NCBI RefSeq assembly: GCF_026210795.1
Contig: NC_089435.1
Coordinates: 2,232,001 to 2,296,000 of the forward strand
DNA length: 64,000 nt
Direction: 5' to 3'
Source: Rhizophagus irregularis
Lineage: Eukaryota
Made by a program: the position numbers and the translations under genes. Below, piece by piece: positions 11,922 through 24,079 of the stretch; position 1 is the stretch's first letter; every line of letters begins with the position of its first letter. The notes beneath the pieces are model-generated. The model saw nothing but the letters and a program-made list of their open reading frames with translations, was not told the origin of the DNA and did not search any database.

Positions 11922-12540
11922 TCATCTTAAAACATATGCTAGAGAACCTACAGCTTGTACTTCCTCATTAGAGCCTGGATAGAAGCAGAAATACAAGGTA
12001 TTAGAAAAATCTTCTTGTTTAATAGGGAAGGTGTAATTATTTTCTTGATAGATATAATCAGCAGAAAGGGGAATACTAGATTGTTCATTGCTATATCTTG
12101 CTTGTAGCTCAGCTACTCCCCAGATTTTGCATATGTTGTCATTCCAGCTACAAGTTGAAAAGACACATGTGGTGGCACTAATAAAACAGGTGCTGAACAT
12201 ACGACTTTATTTCATTTTTACTGTCCCATACTTGAGCACTGCTGTTATCGTCAACACAGAATGCATCATTTGGGGTAATATTAACACAAGAATCACCATC
12301 TCCACAGCTAAAATTAGTATCAACAGGTGTGCCTGGTTGACTAAAAGATTCACATGAAACCCTCACTGATTTCCTTGTAGCGCAAGTATATTTAGCATTA
12401 TTAGGATCAGTGCATTTAGGCCTAGTGGGTACAGCAGAACCATCAATACTAAAAGTCTGATTTTGTAAATTTACTACAGGTATTCCTATTACAGCTGAAA
12501 CCAAAAAGAATATATATATAATATATAATTGAGTAAACAT
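11922..12540 (-). pseudogene. FOLD-like (SIX6/MycFOLD-type) secreted effector paralogue 1, disrupted by two frameshifts
   Basis: Signal peptide and N-terminal Cys pattern intact; frameshift near 12210; VCSAPVLLVPPHVSFQLVAGMTTYAKSG lies in a second frame; ~10-bp deletion of the DPIQ codons near 12117 shifts to a third frame ending FCFYPGSNEEVQAVGSLAYVLR. Confidence 0.85.
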
Positions 12541-12651
12541 ATTCTGAAGTTTTTAATTTGTTCTTGTAAGAAACAAAAAAATAAAGAAAATAAAAAATAT
12601 TATTTTTTGCAGTGGTATTATTAAAATCATTAATATGCATTTTCATGCCAC

Positions 12652-12659
12652 TATTTATA
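12652..12659 (-). promoter_or_regulatory. Putative TATA box (TATAAATA) of the FOLD-like gene, conserved in all five paralogues
   Basis: TATTTATACATTTTAC on the + strand upstream of each ATG (12652, 18421, 21738, 54895, 61010). Confidence 0.55.
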
Positions 12660-12675
12660 CATTTTACCAAGTTAT

Positions 12676-12798
12676 CCCTATAAAAAATTTTATCCGTAAA
12701 AATGAGCCTTTCACGGATCCATTCACCGAAAATGTAAATAATTCGATAAATTCCGTGATGAGGTTATTAATTCCGGAAATATGAGTCTTTTTACAGGG
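12676..12798. mobile_element. CCCT-MITE in the promoter of FOLD paralogue 1, 3-bp TSD TAT
   Basis: CCAAGT-TAT-[CCCTATAAAAAA...TTTTTACAGGG]-TAT-GATAA versus empty site AAGT-TAT-GATAA at ~18438 and ~21755. Confidence 0.85.
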
Positions 12799-13046
12799 TA
12801 TGATAATCAAATTCGTTTTTATTAAATAAAGTTAAAAAATAATTTAATTTATATTTTTGTAATTTCGCGAAACCTGATTAATAACTTGCACTACGCGGTC
12901 ATTAAAAAAAATTAATTAAAAAAATGACATAATATTCCGTTAATGAATAAGAAAAGTAAGTATTTAATAATATCAATCGGGTTTCGATTCTTATTTGGAT
13001 AAACTATCATTTATGTTTAATTAGGTTATCCGAATTAGAGTATCCT

Positions 13047-13722
13047 GACTTTTCACCGAAGTCTATTTCACCGAAATATATTTTGCCGATTTCACCGAAA
13101 TACATTTTTACCGGAGCCATTTTACCGAATGAACATTTCGCCGAAGGAATTTTTACCGATGCTATTTCGCCGAAAATTTCAAATTATATTTTTCCAAATG
13201 TTATTTACGAAAATTTTGTTACTAAAAATGTTATTAATAATTAATATTTATTAATAAAGAATTAGAGTATTAGATTGAACCCCAATGATTGAATATCAAT
13301 CGATAACATTTTCGGAATGACCGACCTATTTGGTGTGAAATTGATGATTCGGAGAAAAGTATTCGGCGAATGTCCATTCAGAGAAATTTCCAATCGACGA
13401 AATGACCCAGGATCCCAGGCAATACTGAAATAGGTAACAAGAAATAAAACGCGTAGAATAGGCCAAAATAACCATGAAAATCTTTCCTTTTTTAGATAAT
13501 TTTCATTAATGTTGGTCAGAATTCTATTACTTATTTTAGTATGTGACTTACATGATTATCATAACCTTGAAAAAATGCGTAGAACTAATAGTAAAATTTT
13601 GCTAATTTCCTATGACCTATTTATATATTGCTCGGGTCCTAATGACCCTTCGGTGAAACATCCTTTCGATGAAATGGCTTCTGTGACAAGTCTTCCGGTG
13701 AAATGGACTTAGGCGAAACGTA
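13047..13722. mobile_element. Foldback-like element family A (TTTCACCGAA / TTCGGTGAAA subrepeat arms)
   Basis: Left arm of ~15-bp periodic TTT(C/T)(A/G)CCGAA motifs, AT-rich spacer, right arm with the same motifs inverted; related copies upstream of every FOLD gene. Confidence 0.7.
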
Positions 13723-15635
13723 TATATACACCCATTTAATGTCTTAATCTGGTATGATAGAATTTATCTATATTAAACGTTTATTTAACTGAAATATACT
13801 TGCCGTCAGAATTAATTACGACATATGAAGCTATGAAGCTTATACCGTAATATATTAAATCACCGTAATGCCGTAATTATTTAATGCCAAATATACAAAA
13901 TTACACAAAGAAAGTAAATATTTTTTTTGTTGTGCCGTAGATAATTTGTAATCCGTAAATCTATAATGCTGATCTTGATGATTTGTAATGCCGTAATTTC
14001 AATTCGTCATTTCCGACGGCACCTATAAGCTGAAAATTATTTATTTCCAATATATCGATTAAATATTCTGGCTACTAGTTATAATTATTTTATTTATTTT
14101 TTCAACATAACGAAGTTATTTTTTATTATCAAATTCTTTTAAATAGCAATATTGAAATTAATTAGATTATTATTAGATTACCCGCTTCAGTAGCAAAAAA
14201 TGCTTTGTTGTAGCAACAAAATAAAATTTTTGATCGATCAGTTTTACAATGAATTAAAATTTCTTTATTGGTAAAATAAATGCGTGAAGAGTTTAATGAA
14301 TAATAACTTTACCATTACATAACTGTTAATTTTACCTCTTGAAACTTCTCCTGCAGTGATATATATATATATATATATATTATATATAGCACTGGAAGCT
14401 AGGATGTCTACGCAACTCTTCACGGGCTGTGTAGCATTCATGTTTGTACATGTGCGCCAGCATACCGCATGTAGTATTTTTAACTGATAATATATTTGTA
14501 CTCGTTAAAAATATCATTAATATTTGTTACTATCGTTAAAACATTTCGTATCAATCTGAGTAACTTGTTCATAATTCATTTTTTTTTCTTTATTATGTAA
14601 CATGTTATGTGCAATTACATCGACAATAATTAAGTGCCGCTGAAAAAATTTTTATCACGTGTTGTATCATTACCAGTTTTGTTATAAATAAGATAGATTA
14701 TATTATACACCATTTTAATATTGTACAAAATGCATTACACACAGTTCTAGGTCTCTCTTTTTAGGAAAAAAAAAGAAAAAATAATTGAATGTTATAGTTT
14801 TGCCATTTTTCTTTCACATTCATTCATTCATTCATACACAATATTAATTAATTTTTTTTGATTTAAGAGAAATTCGATCTATAATCATCGATTTGAATGT
14901 TCTTCGTAATTGAAAAAAGTTTAATAATTATATAATTATTATATGATCAGTAACTATTGTAATGAAAAAGTAATCATTGACACGAAATTAATATAATAAT
15001 AATTTATTTTTATTTTACTTATTTTTGAGGTTTTGAATTTCGTCACTTTTTTATGTTAGTTGTAAAAGCGGCGGTGTTACCATTGTACAGCATTCCTACT
15101 TGGAAATATTTTACTTTAGTGACGGATCACATCATTTCTCTTATGATTTATTTAATAGGAATAATTAATATTTAGTTTAGTAAATATATTTTAAAACTTT
15201 GACCAATTAAAAATAGATATTAAAGAAAATGTGCGGTCGGCGCAGTATATATACGTATTATATATATATATTTATGATGCATAAATATTTAATTATTACG
15301 CTATATGGATAAAAATATCAATGACGAAAATTATACAAGTTAATAGGATGGTATATATATATATTAACACTTATTGAAGATACTATTCTTAATTTCAGTG
15401 CCTGAATGATAATTTATATAATTTAAGGATCGTTCAGAACTAAAAATTAAAGGAATACTTATTTATTTGTTTATTTTACGTACTGTATATTTTAATAGGA
15501 TATGTGTGATTTAACCTAGATTTAGGATAATTTTGTGATTTGTTTATTCAATTTGATCACAATTATAAGGCCACTTTTGTAAAAATGGAATAAATGATAT
15601 TTTAATTTATTGTACGACCTTATAAAGCATAGTAA

Positions 15636-16690
15636 ATACCGTTGTCGGACCGATTCCCGACATCCGTTTTCCCGGCGTAACCTTTTCCCGACAACGATTT
15701 CCCGACAGGACAAATCCGGAATGGACATTTTCCCGAATAACATCTTTTTCCGACATGACATTATTCCGACGATAAATATCGTGAAAATGTAATTTGGTTA
15801 GGTATATAGTTTTTAACAATAATACATTATAAATCGCAAATTTAAATTTTTTAAAATTAAGTTTTATTGATAAAAAATATTGTTTTATGATAAATAACTA
15901 TACAAATGCTTTACAAAAGATATACAAAATAAACTGGGTAAAAATAATCTTCTATTTAGAAAGTAACTGTTAAAAAATTCATGTGTAACAGTTACGTTTA
16001 ACTGATAAATAATTTTGAATTGCGCAGCTGTCGGTCATGTGTACGTTCCAATAGCCAATCTGAGAGATTTTCATCGCTAATACAGTTCCGGTTAATGAAA
16101 TTTTAATTGGATTTTTTTTTTCAATTAACGAAAAAAAAACTTACAAATCATGTTTCATTTTCGGTCATTCAAGATGATAAAATGATTGCTGCCACAGCAG
16201 ATCGATTACCGTAGCTATTCGATTGTTGATTTTAAAATCTTTTTCAGTCTCTTTTTTAGTCCAGATTTTTTTTAAATTAATATAAATAAAAGTAAATTAC
16301 GTAATTAATTTAATATGTTTAATATGTGAAATTGTAATTGTGTTCAAAAAAAAACAATGTCTCAATTAAGATAAATTACGTGATAAAATGTAATAATTGT
16401 AAAATAATAAATTCATTTTTCATTTAATAAAAAAAAAAAATTAAGAAAATATTTACACAAAGAGTAAGTTAGATAAATATAATAAACATAAAATTTAATT
16501 TTTCTATTAATTTATTTATTATATCAAAACATTTAATTTTTATTTTATTTTATTTTTTTGCAGTTAAATCAAGTTTTTTTGTGAACCATTTTTCATAATT
16601 TGATTTCGGGAAAATATCATGTCGGGATTTTGTCTTTTGGAATATTTATCGTCGGGATAATGTCATGTCGGGAAAGTAAATACATACGAT
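15636..16690. mobile_element. ~1-kb foldback-like element family C (TTCCCGAC subrepeats)
   Basis: TTTCCGACATGACATTATTCCGACGATAAATAT (~15747-15779) is inverted at ~16642-16676 (ATATTTATCGTCGGGATAATGTCATGTCGGGAAA). Confidence 0.7.
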
Positions 16691-16856
16691 TCAAGAAATG
16701 ATATTATTGATTAGTAATTAGGCAACATGCATGGTTAATGGGATCGTTGTTTTATTATACGCACGTATATGAATTTCATTTATATTAAAATAGGTCGTGT
16801 TCGGTGATATATATACATATTTATAAAACAGCTACATAGATTTGCTACAGTACTAT

Positions 16857-17325
16857 TTACAGACAGAATTTCATCGTGAAATTTAACCGATGCCATTTTG
16901 CTGACTTCCATTTTACTGACATGAAAATTTACTTACTCGAAATGCCATTTTACGACTGCCATTTCACCGAAAATTTATTAACTCCCTAATACGCCATAAT
17001 TTCAAGAAGTTCAACAAACTGATTACAAATGCATTAATAATGCAAGATTTTATAGCATCAATATAAATTGTTCCTTTGTAATCTTTTTTCTCTATTTTTT
17101 TTTTTTCAAATAGTACGGTTAGAATTTAAAAACAAAAAAATTTATATTGAAAAACTTCCTTGCTTTCGTAAGGCAAAATTTCATGATCGTTAATACCGTG
17201 TCGATCATGTCGGCAAAATGGCATTGTCGCCAAAATAGGGATGGTTTCGGAAAAATGTGATGTCGGTAAAATAATGGCAAGTAGGCAAAATGACGTCGGT
17301 AAATTTTATAAAATGGGTGGATACA
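16857..17325. mobile_element. Foldback-like element family B, both arms
   Basis: Left arm CCATTTT(A/G)C(C/T)GAC repeats 16857-16972; right arm GTCGG(C/T)AAAATGG repeats 17190-17325. Confidence 0.6.
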
Positions 17326-17729
17326 TGTTATTTATGTCCGAATTTATACAAATTACTATTAAACCCAAATAATTCAGAAAATACTAAACAAAATCCCAAG
17401 TATAATTGAGCGATAAAAAGGCTAAATATTTTATTAATGGAATAATATAAAGAATAAAGAATTATATTAATAAATAAAAATAAATAAATAATACGTATAA
17501 CTGTGGTGTTGAACACCAGTGGTGTGATTTTTTAAAAAAAATTAGTTACAATCAAAAATATAGAGATTATATCAGATTTTATAATAACATTTCATTAAAT
17601 TTTAAATTTTGTAAAAAGAATCTAAAGCAGTTTGTTCACACTTATATTTGGTGTTAACCATACATTAACAAATATATATATATATATATTCTGTTTATAA
17701 TGTAAAATAATTAACATAAAAAAAAACCA

Positions 17730-18347
17730 TCATAGTACATATAGAGCAGCTACAGCTTGTACTTCCTGTGAAGTACCTGCAGTGAAGCAGAAACTTATAT
17801 AATGAGAAAAATTTTCTGCTTTAATCTTGAAGCTGTAATTATTTTGTTGTTCTGTATAATCGTTCGAATCTTTATCGTCATATTTTGCTTCTAGCGATTG
17901 TACTTGTATTGGATCCCCAGTTGTTGAATATGTTGTTATTCCAGCTGCGAGTTGAAATAACTTTGGTGGTGGCACTATTAAAACAGGTGCTGAACATACT
18001 CTCCCATCAACATGATTATTTTCCCATTTTTGAGCAAGCTTACTGTTTTCATCAACACAAAATGCATCATTTGAGGTAATATCAATACAAGATTCGCCTT
18101 CTCCACAGCTAAAATTAGTATCTACAATTGTGCCTGGAAGATCATAAGATTCACATGAAACCCTCACTAATTTCCTTGTAACGCAAACGGAGCTTCTATA
18201 TTTAGTATAAATAGGATCAGTGCATTTAGGCTTAGTGGGTAGAAAACTATCAGTGCTAAAAGTCTGATTTTGTAAATTTTCTACAGGTACTCCTACTACA
18301 GCCGAAACCAAAAAGAAAATATATACAATATATAATTGAGCAAACAT
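17730..18347 (-). CDS. FOLD-like (SIX6/MycFOLD-type) secreted Cys-rich effector paralogue 2, intact, 205 aa
   Basis: Signal peptide; 8 Cys; YRSSVCVTRKLVRVSC, DTNFSCGEGESCI, AFC...W, RVC, YSTTGDPIQV and YISFCFTAG align in order with SIX6-type motifs recalled from memory. Confidence 0.88.
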   Translation of the reverse strand: MFAQLYIVYIFFLVSAVVGVPVENLQNQTFSTDSFLPTKPKCTDPIYTKYRSSVCVTRKLVRVSCESYDLPGTIVDTNFSCGEGESCIDITSNDAFCVDENSKLAQKWENNHVDGRVCSAPVLIVPPPKLFQLAAGITTYSTTGDPIQVQSLEAKYDDKDSNDYTEQQNNYSFKIKAENFSHYISFCFTAGTSQEVQAVAALYVL

Positions 18348-18565
18348 ATTTTGAGAATGAAAAGTAAAGAATATTATTTATTTTTTTACAATGATATTAT
18401 TAAAATCATTTTCATGCCATTATTTATACATTTTACTAAGTTATGATAAACAAATTCATTTCTTCTTTTATTTTTTTATTCTATCAAATGAAGTTGAGAT
18501 ATTTAACATTTAATTATTTTTTCCATTGATTGATTAATCGATCAATTAAAAAATAATTTAATTAT

Positions 18566-19002
18566 ATTTTTGTAATTCCACGAAACCTGATATTAAAAAA
18601 AAAAATTAATTAAAAAATGACAATATTCTAAGAAAAGTAAGTATCAATCGGGTTTCGATCCTTATTTGGTTGGATAAACTGTTGTCTATGCCTAATTATG
18701 ATATCCGAAATTCGATTTAGGGTTTCATTGAACACCGAGACACATTTCGCCGAAATTCTTTTACCGAAGCTCATCTCACCGAAAATTTCATAACATTTTT
18801 TGTAATTCCACGAAACCTGATATTAAAATAAAAAAATTAATTAAAAAATGACAATATTCTAAGTAAGTATCGATCGGATTTCGATCCTTATTTGGATAAA
18901 CTTGTCATCTATGCCTAATTAGGATATCCGAAATCCGAATTAGGGTTCATTGACACATTTCGCCGAAAGACTTTTACCGAAGCTCATCTCACCGATAATT
19001 TC
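18566..19002. repeat. 230-bp tandem duplication in the upstream region of FOLD paralogue 2 (includes the family A left arm)
   Basis: TGTAATTCCACGAAACCTGATATTAAAA at 18571 and 18801, each followed by the same downstream sequence. Confidence 0.8.
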
Positions 19003-19986
19003 AAATCATATTTTTCCAAAATATTCATGATACAGTATTTACGAAAATTTTGTTACTAAAAACATTATTAATAATTAATATTTATTAATAAAAAATAGGT
19101 ATTTTAATGGGGGCGTCCAAAATCTAGAAACTCGAAATCCCGATGAGCCACGGTCCAGATGCTTATCCTGTACCAGCAAATCTAATTGGATTAGATTGGT
19201 TTGTGTAACATTTGTCCTTAATTCGCGTTTTTTAAAAAAAGTTACGAACCGCCTTTTTTAAAGGCATTTACTACTATCGTTTCAAAGTAATATGTTATTT
19301 AAAATTTATATTTTGGTATGCATTTTATTAAACTTTATTAATAAAATTGCATATATTACTTTATAAAACATGATTTTTTACTGTAATTTATTATTAAAAT
19401 TTAAAATTATTTAACATGATTAATATCAAAACAAAAGTACAAAGTATTATATTAGCTTTAAAAGTAATGTTATAAATATATAATTTACAATCTTTTTGAA
19501 CAACTTTGTTTAATCCCAAAACTTTTTTTTAAAAAAAAATACTTGATACCACAAAAAGAATAGTGGAGAAAGATTGAGAGATTATGCGGAGTTAATATGT
19601 AATAAAAGTGATTAGCTAATCAAAAGTTAACTGATCCAGAATAAATATCCGGACCGGTGGATCAGACCTGGTTCGATATTCGAATCTCAACCGGATATTC
19701 GAATCTCTCAAACTTTACAAACATATTCGAATCACGTGGAATTTATATGGAGCTTTATTCGAATCAAGAGGTTACCTTAATATAGTTTTATCATTAGTAT
19801 TATTCATTTATTTTATTTATTTATCCAAAGTTTCTCAGTTACCAATGCAATTATTAATATTAAGTTTTTTAGTAAAATAAAATTTCGAGATGTAGATAAC
19901 CTGCGTCAAATGTTGATATTCTTTTATCACTAAAGGATTAGGTGAATAACGGAATAACAGATAGACAGATTCTATGCCCAGTACCG

Positions 19987-20084
19987 CCCTATAAAAAATT
20001 TTCTGGGAAAGATTCCGATAAATGATATTTCTCTCCAAAAAACTCCGATAAGTGATCAATTTTCTAAAAAAAATTTTTACAGGG
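19987..20084. mobile_element. Short CCCT-MITE variant
   Basis: CCCTATAAAAAATTT...AAATTTTTACAGGG termini; similar to 61368-61470. Confidence 0.6.
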
Positions 20085-20983
20085 CTAGATGACGAAGAAT
20101 AATATTCTTTTTCCTTCATTTTCGTTAATTTTTTTAATTTTTGTAATCCTTAATTGATTAAAGTTATAACACCAGCTTACGACCTACCTGCTCGATCGTT
20201 GAAATATTTTTTTCTTTTTTATCGTTGTTTTTAACTTCAGCGTGTGACTCAAAAATTTATTAACTGCGCGCCTGCGCCTCACTCCTTACTGCGCCTTAAT
20301 TTCAAAATATTTCAAGTGCTGAAATGTTAAAAGAAGTTCAACAAACTGTTTATAAAATGCATTAATAATGCAAGATTTTATAGCATCAATCTAATTGTTT
20401 CTTTGGTAGTCTTTTCTTTTTTTTTTCCAAATAGTACGGAAAAATTATGTATATTGAAAATCAAAATTTCATGATCGTGTCGATCATGTCGGTAAAATGG
20501 CATTGTCGCCAAAATAGGGATGGTTCGGAAAAATGTGATGTCGATAAAATAATGGCAAGTGGGCAAAATGACGTCGGTAAATTTTATAAAATGGGTGGAT
20601 ACATGTTATTTATGTCCGAATTTATACAAATTACTATAATTGAGCGATAAAAAGGCTAAATATTTTATTAATGGAATAATATAGAATAAAAAATTATATT
20701 AATAAATAAATAAATAATAAATAATACGTATAACTGTGGTGTTGAACACCAGTGGTGTGATTTTTTTAAAAAAATTAGTTACAATCAAAAATATAGAGAT
20801 TATATTAAATTTTATATCAAGATTTCATTAAATTTCAAATTTTATAAAAAAGAATTTAAAGCAGTTTGTTCACACTTATTTTGGTGTTAAACAAAACCAT
20901 ACATTTAAAAAAAAAGCCATATATTCTGTTTATAATGTAAAATAATTAACAAAAAAAAAACACCCATCATATTAAAACATATC

Positions 20984-21625
20984 CTAGAGAAACACATATC
21001 CTAGAGCACCTACGGCTTGTACTTCCTCTGAAGTGCCTGCAACGAAGCAGAATCTCATATAATGAGAAAAATTTTCTTTTTTAATAGTGAAGCTGTAATT
21101 ATTTGTTAGTTCCGTATATTCATTTGCTGAAGGGTTATCATCATATCTTGTTTCTAGCGTTTGTACTTGTATTGGATCCCCAGTTGTTTAATATGCTGTT
21201 ATTCCAGCTACAAGATGGAAATACTTTGTTGGTGGTTTCACCAATAAAACAGGTTCTGAACATACTCTTCCATCAACATGATTATTTTCCCATTCTCGAA
21301 CAGAATTAATGTTTTCGTTGACACAAATTGCATCATTTGAGGTCATATCAATACAAGATTCGCCATCTGCACAGTAAAAATTAGTATCTACAACTGTGCC
21401 TGGAAGATCATAAGATTCACATGAAACCCTCACTGTTTTCCTTGTAACGCAAGCGGAGCTTTTATATTTCCTATAAATAGGGTCAGTGCATGTAGGCTTA
21501 GTGGGTATAACCTTACCCAGAAGACTAACAGTGCTAGAAGTCTGATTTTGTAAATTTTCTACAGGTACTCCTACTACAGCCGAAACCAAAAAGAAAAAAT
21601 ATATAATATATAGTTGAGCAAACAT
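20984..21625 (-). pseudogene. FOLD-like effector paralogue 3, full length (213 codons plus stop) with one in-frame nonsense codon at 21188-21190
   Basis: The TCA (Ser of YSTTGDP in paralogues) is TAA here; the same frame continues TTGDPIQVQTLETRY...YMRFCFVAGTSEEVQAVGALGYVFL-stop. Confidence 0.88.
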
Positions 21626-22019
21626 ATTCTAAGAATGGTATGGAAAGAAATGTGAAGTTTTTAATTTGTTTTTGTAAAAAAAAGTAAAGAATATTATTTT
21701 TTTTACAATGATATTATTAAAATCATTTTCATGTCATTATTTATACATTTTACCAAGTTATGATAAACAAATTCATTTCCTTCCTTTATTTTCTTTTTTC
21801 TATTAAATAAAGTTAAGATATTTAACACTTAATTATTTTTTCCATTGATAATTGTATTTTTGCAATTCCGCGAAATCTGATTAATAAATTGCAATCGGTC
21901 ATTGAAAAAAAAATTAATTAAAAGATGACATGATATTCCTTTGATGAATATGAAAAGTAAGTATCAATCGGGTTTCGATCCTTATTTGGATAAATCTGTC
22001 ATACTCCGAATTAGGGTTC

Positions 22020-22725
22020 ATTGAAACTACTGATATACATTTCGCCGAAAGTCTTTTACCAAAGCTCATTTCACTGAAAATTTCAAATCATATTTTTCCA
22101 AATATTCATATGATATTTACGAAAATTTTGTTACTAAAAACATTATTAGTAATTAATATTTATTAATAAAAAAATAGGGTATTTTAATGATAGAATATCA
22201 ATCGCCCTGCTGTAAAAAAGGTCGATCCATTTTTTTATATTCCATCTTTTTTCTGTAAAAGGCCCATATTTCCGGAATTAATAACCTTATATCATGGAAT
22301 TTATCGAATTATTTACATTTTCTGTGAATAGATCTGTGAAAGGCTCATTTTTACGGAGTTTTTATAGAAATAACGGATGTCGCCAACATTTCGGAATGAC
22401 CTATTTGGTGTCTGTGAAATGGATGATTCAGAGAAAAGTATTCAGCAAAATGTTCATTAAGAGAATTGTCCATTCAGAGAAATTTCCATTTAACGAATCC
22501 CCATAAAAATGAAATGTGTTAAATTCGTTTATATTTGTTCATATGTAAAAAACGTCTAAAAAAGCACCATTTTGTCTGATTTATGTTTTATTATTAAAAA
22601 ACAAAAATTAAACAAAATGGTGCTTTTTTAGACATTTATCACACATGAGCGCAAATATAAGAAAACAAGTTTATGAATTGGCTTCTGCGAAAAGTCCTCC
22701 CGGCGAAATGAACTTAAGCGAAATT
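22020..22725. mobile_element. Foldback-like element family A with nested CCCT-MITE (22205-22379) and a second insert (~22500-22675)
   Basis: Collinear with 13047-13722 and 55281-55692 once the inserts are removed. Confidence 0.65.
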
Positions 22726-22778
22726 CTGAATTAGAGGGATATTGGTCACATGACAAATGATTTACAGGATCACGCTAT

Positions 22779-23618
22779 TGTTACCGAATAATGACGGTAA
22801 TAAAGAGACGAATGGCGGATGACTTATATCGTATAACTACACGGATACCAACGAAATTCTTACTCAATACTACCTATCCAAGGTATTTCCGGTATTGTTC
22901 GTTAAGAATCGTCAAGGTAAACAACTATAAAATACGATTAGTAGTAATACGCGATATATAAGACAAATCTTATATAAATATATATAGAAACAATGTATAA
23001 TAACCAAAATGTAACGATTTTATTTAAATAGAAGGGGAACTTTCGGTTTACAACAAAGCGAATAAAGGTAATAGGGGAAAATTCTCTAGAACAACTATAT
23101 ATGTCTCTTCTTTTATAATGGAGTTGGTAGAGGCGTATTTATATCTTACTGCCATCTCTTTTTCTAACAATCAAGGGCGAAATCTAATCTAATAATGTTT
23201 AATCGTCAATGTTTCATCTCAATATATTACAATAGCGATAATTTTTATTGTAAGCCACCTTTTTAATAGAACACAAACGATAATTTTAGACAATTAATAT
23301 TATTGAACTAATTTTCACACAATTATCTTCAAATAAATTCAATAAAATTGTTACATATAAATAATACAAATAAAGAAAATAAATGATATAACTAATAATA
23401 AATAAATAAATTAAAATAGATATAAAAACGATATATAAGTAAAATATCAAATAAAATCAATATCTTTAATATAGTTAACTGATATACACAAATCAGCAAC
23501 TATACATCGGCGTAAATCGTCTCGTAACACCGGAAATCGACATGTACACAAATGTACCGAAATTTCATCGGATCATCATGTAAGATCGGAAATCACGTGC
23601 GCAAAAATTCGCGTAACA
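22779..23618. mobile_element. Solo LTR (840 bp)
   Basis: Begins TGTTAC, ends GTAACA, flanked by a perfect 4-bp direct repeat CTAT (22775-22778 and 23619-23622); no long ORF. Confidence 0.75.
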
Positions 23619-24079
23619 CTATGTTGAACTCATCCAATAACTGAGTTAATAGTTACTAGTCATTAAGAATACTGTGGCGACCAATAGGAATTAAACTGAT
23701 TTCAATAGATGCCTCATAAAATATCGGTCAGTAAAATCCCGCACATTCCTAATCGACTGAACAATAACGCAATTTTATGGTGCAATACATACAGTATAAT
23801 ACATATATAATAATGATAAAAAGAAATTAAATTTCTGATTTGAAATCTATAATAAAATAAAATAATAAAATCTAAAGAAATATTTAACGTATGAAAATTA
23901 AAAAAAAAATATGAATCCCCAAATCTTTAAACATCCAATAATGGACGACTAAAATAAAAAAGCTTTGAAAGTAGAATAATTTCGATGAGATCAATTTCTT
24001 ATGTTGGTCTACTTGATGGGTGTGAAAAAATCCGGTACGAAGTGTAAAATGTAAATGTAGATCGTCTTTAAAAAAAAAT

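Noticed and set aside
12088..12357. Plus-strand ORFs antisense to FOLD genes (also 17885, 21103, 60401, 60574)
   Set aside because: Shadow ORFs with non-ATG starts and inconsistent lengths among paralogues
14350..14400. (AT)n microsatellite with short inverted flanks
   Set aside because: Ordinary simple repeat in AT-rich DNA
15522..15819. Three overlapping short ORFs
   Set aside because: They arise from periodic subrepeats of a foldback arm; same for ORFs at 13509, 20378-20650, 22294, 53161-53524, 55541, 61867
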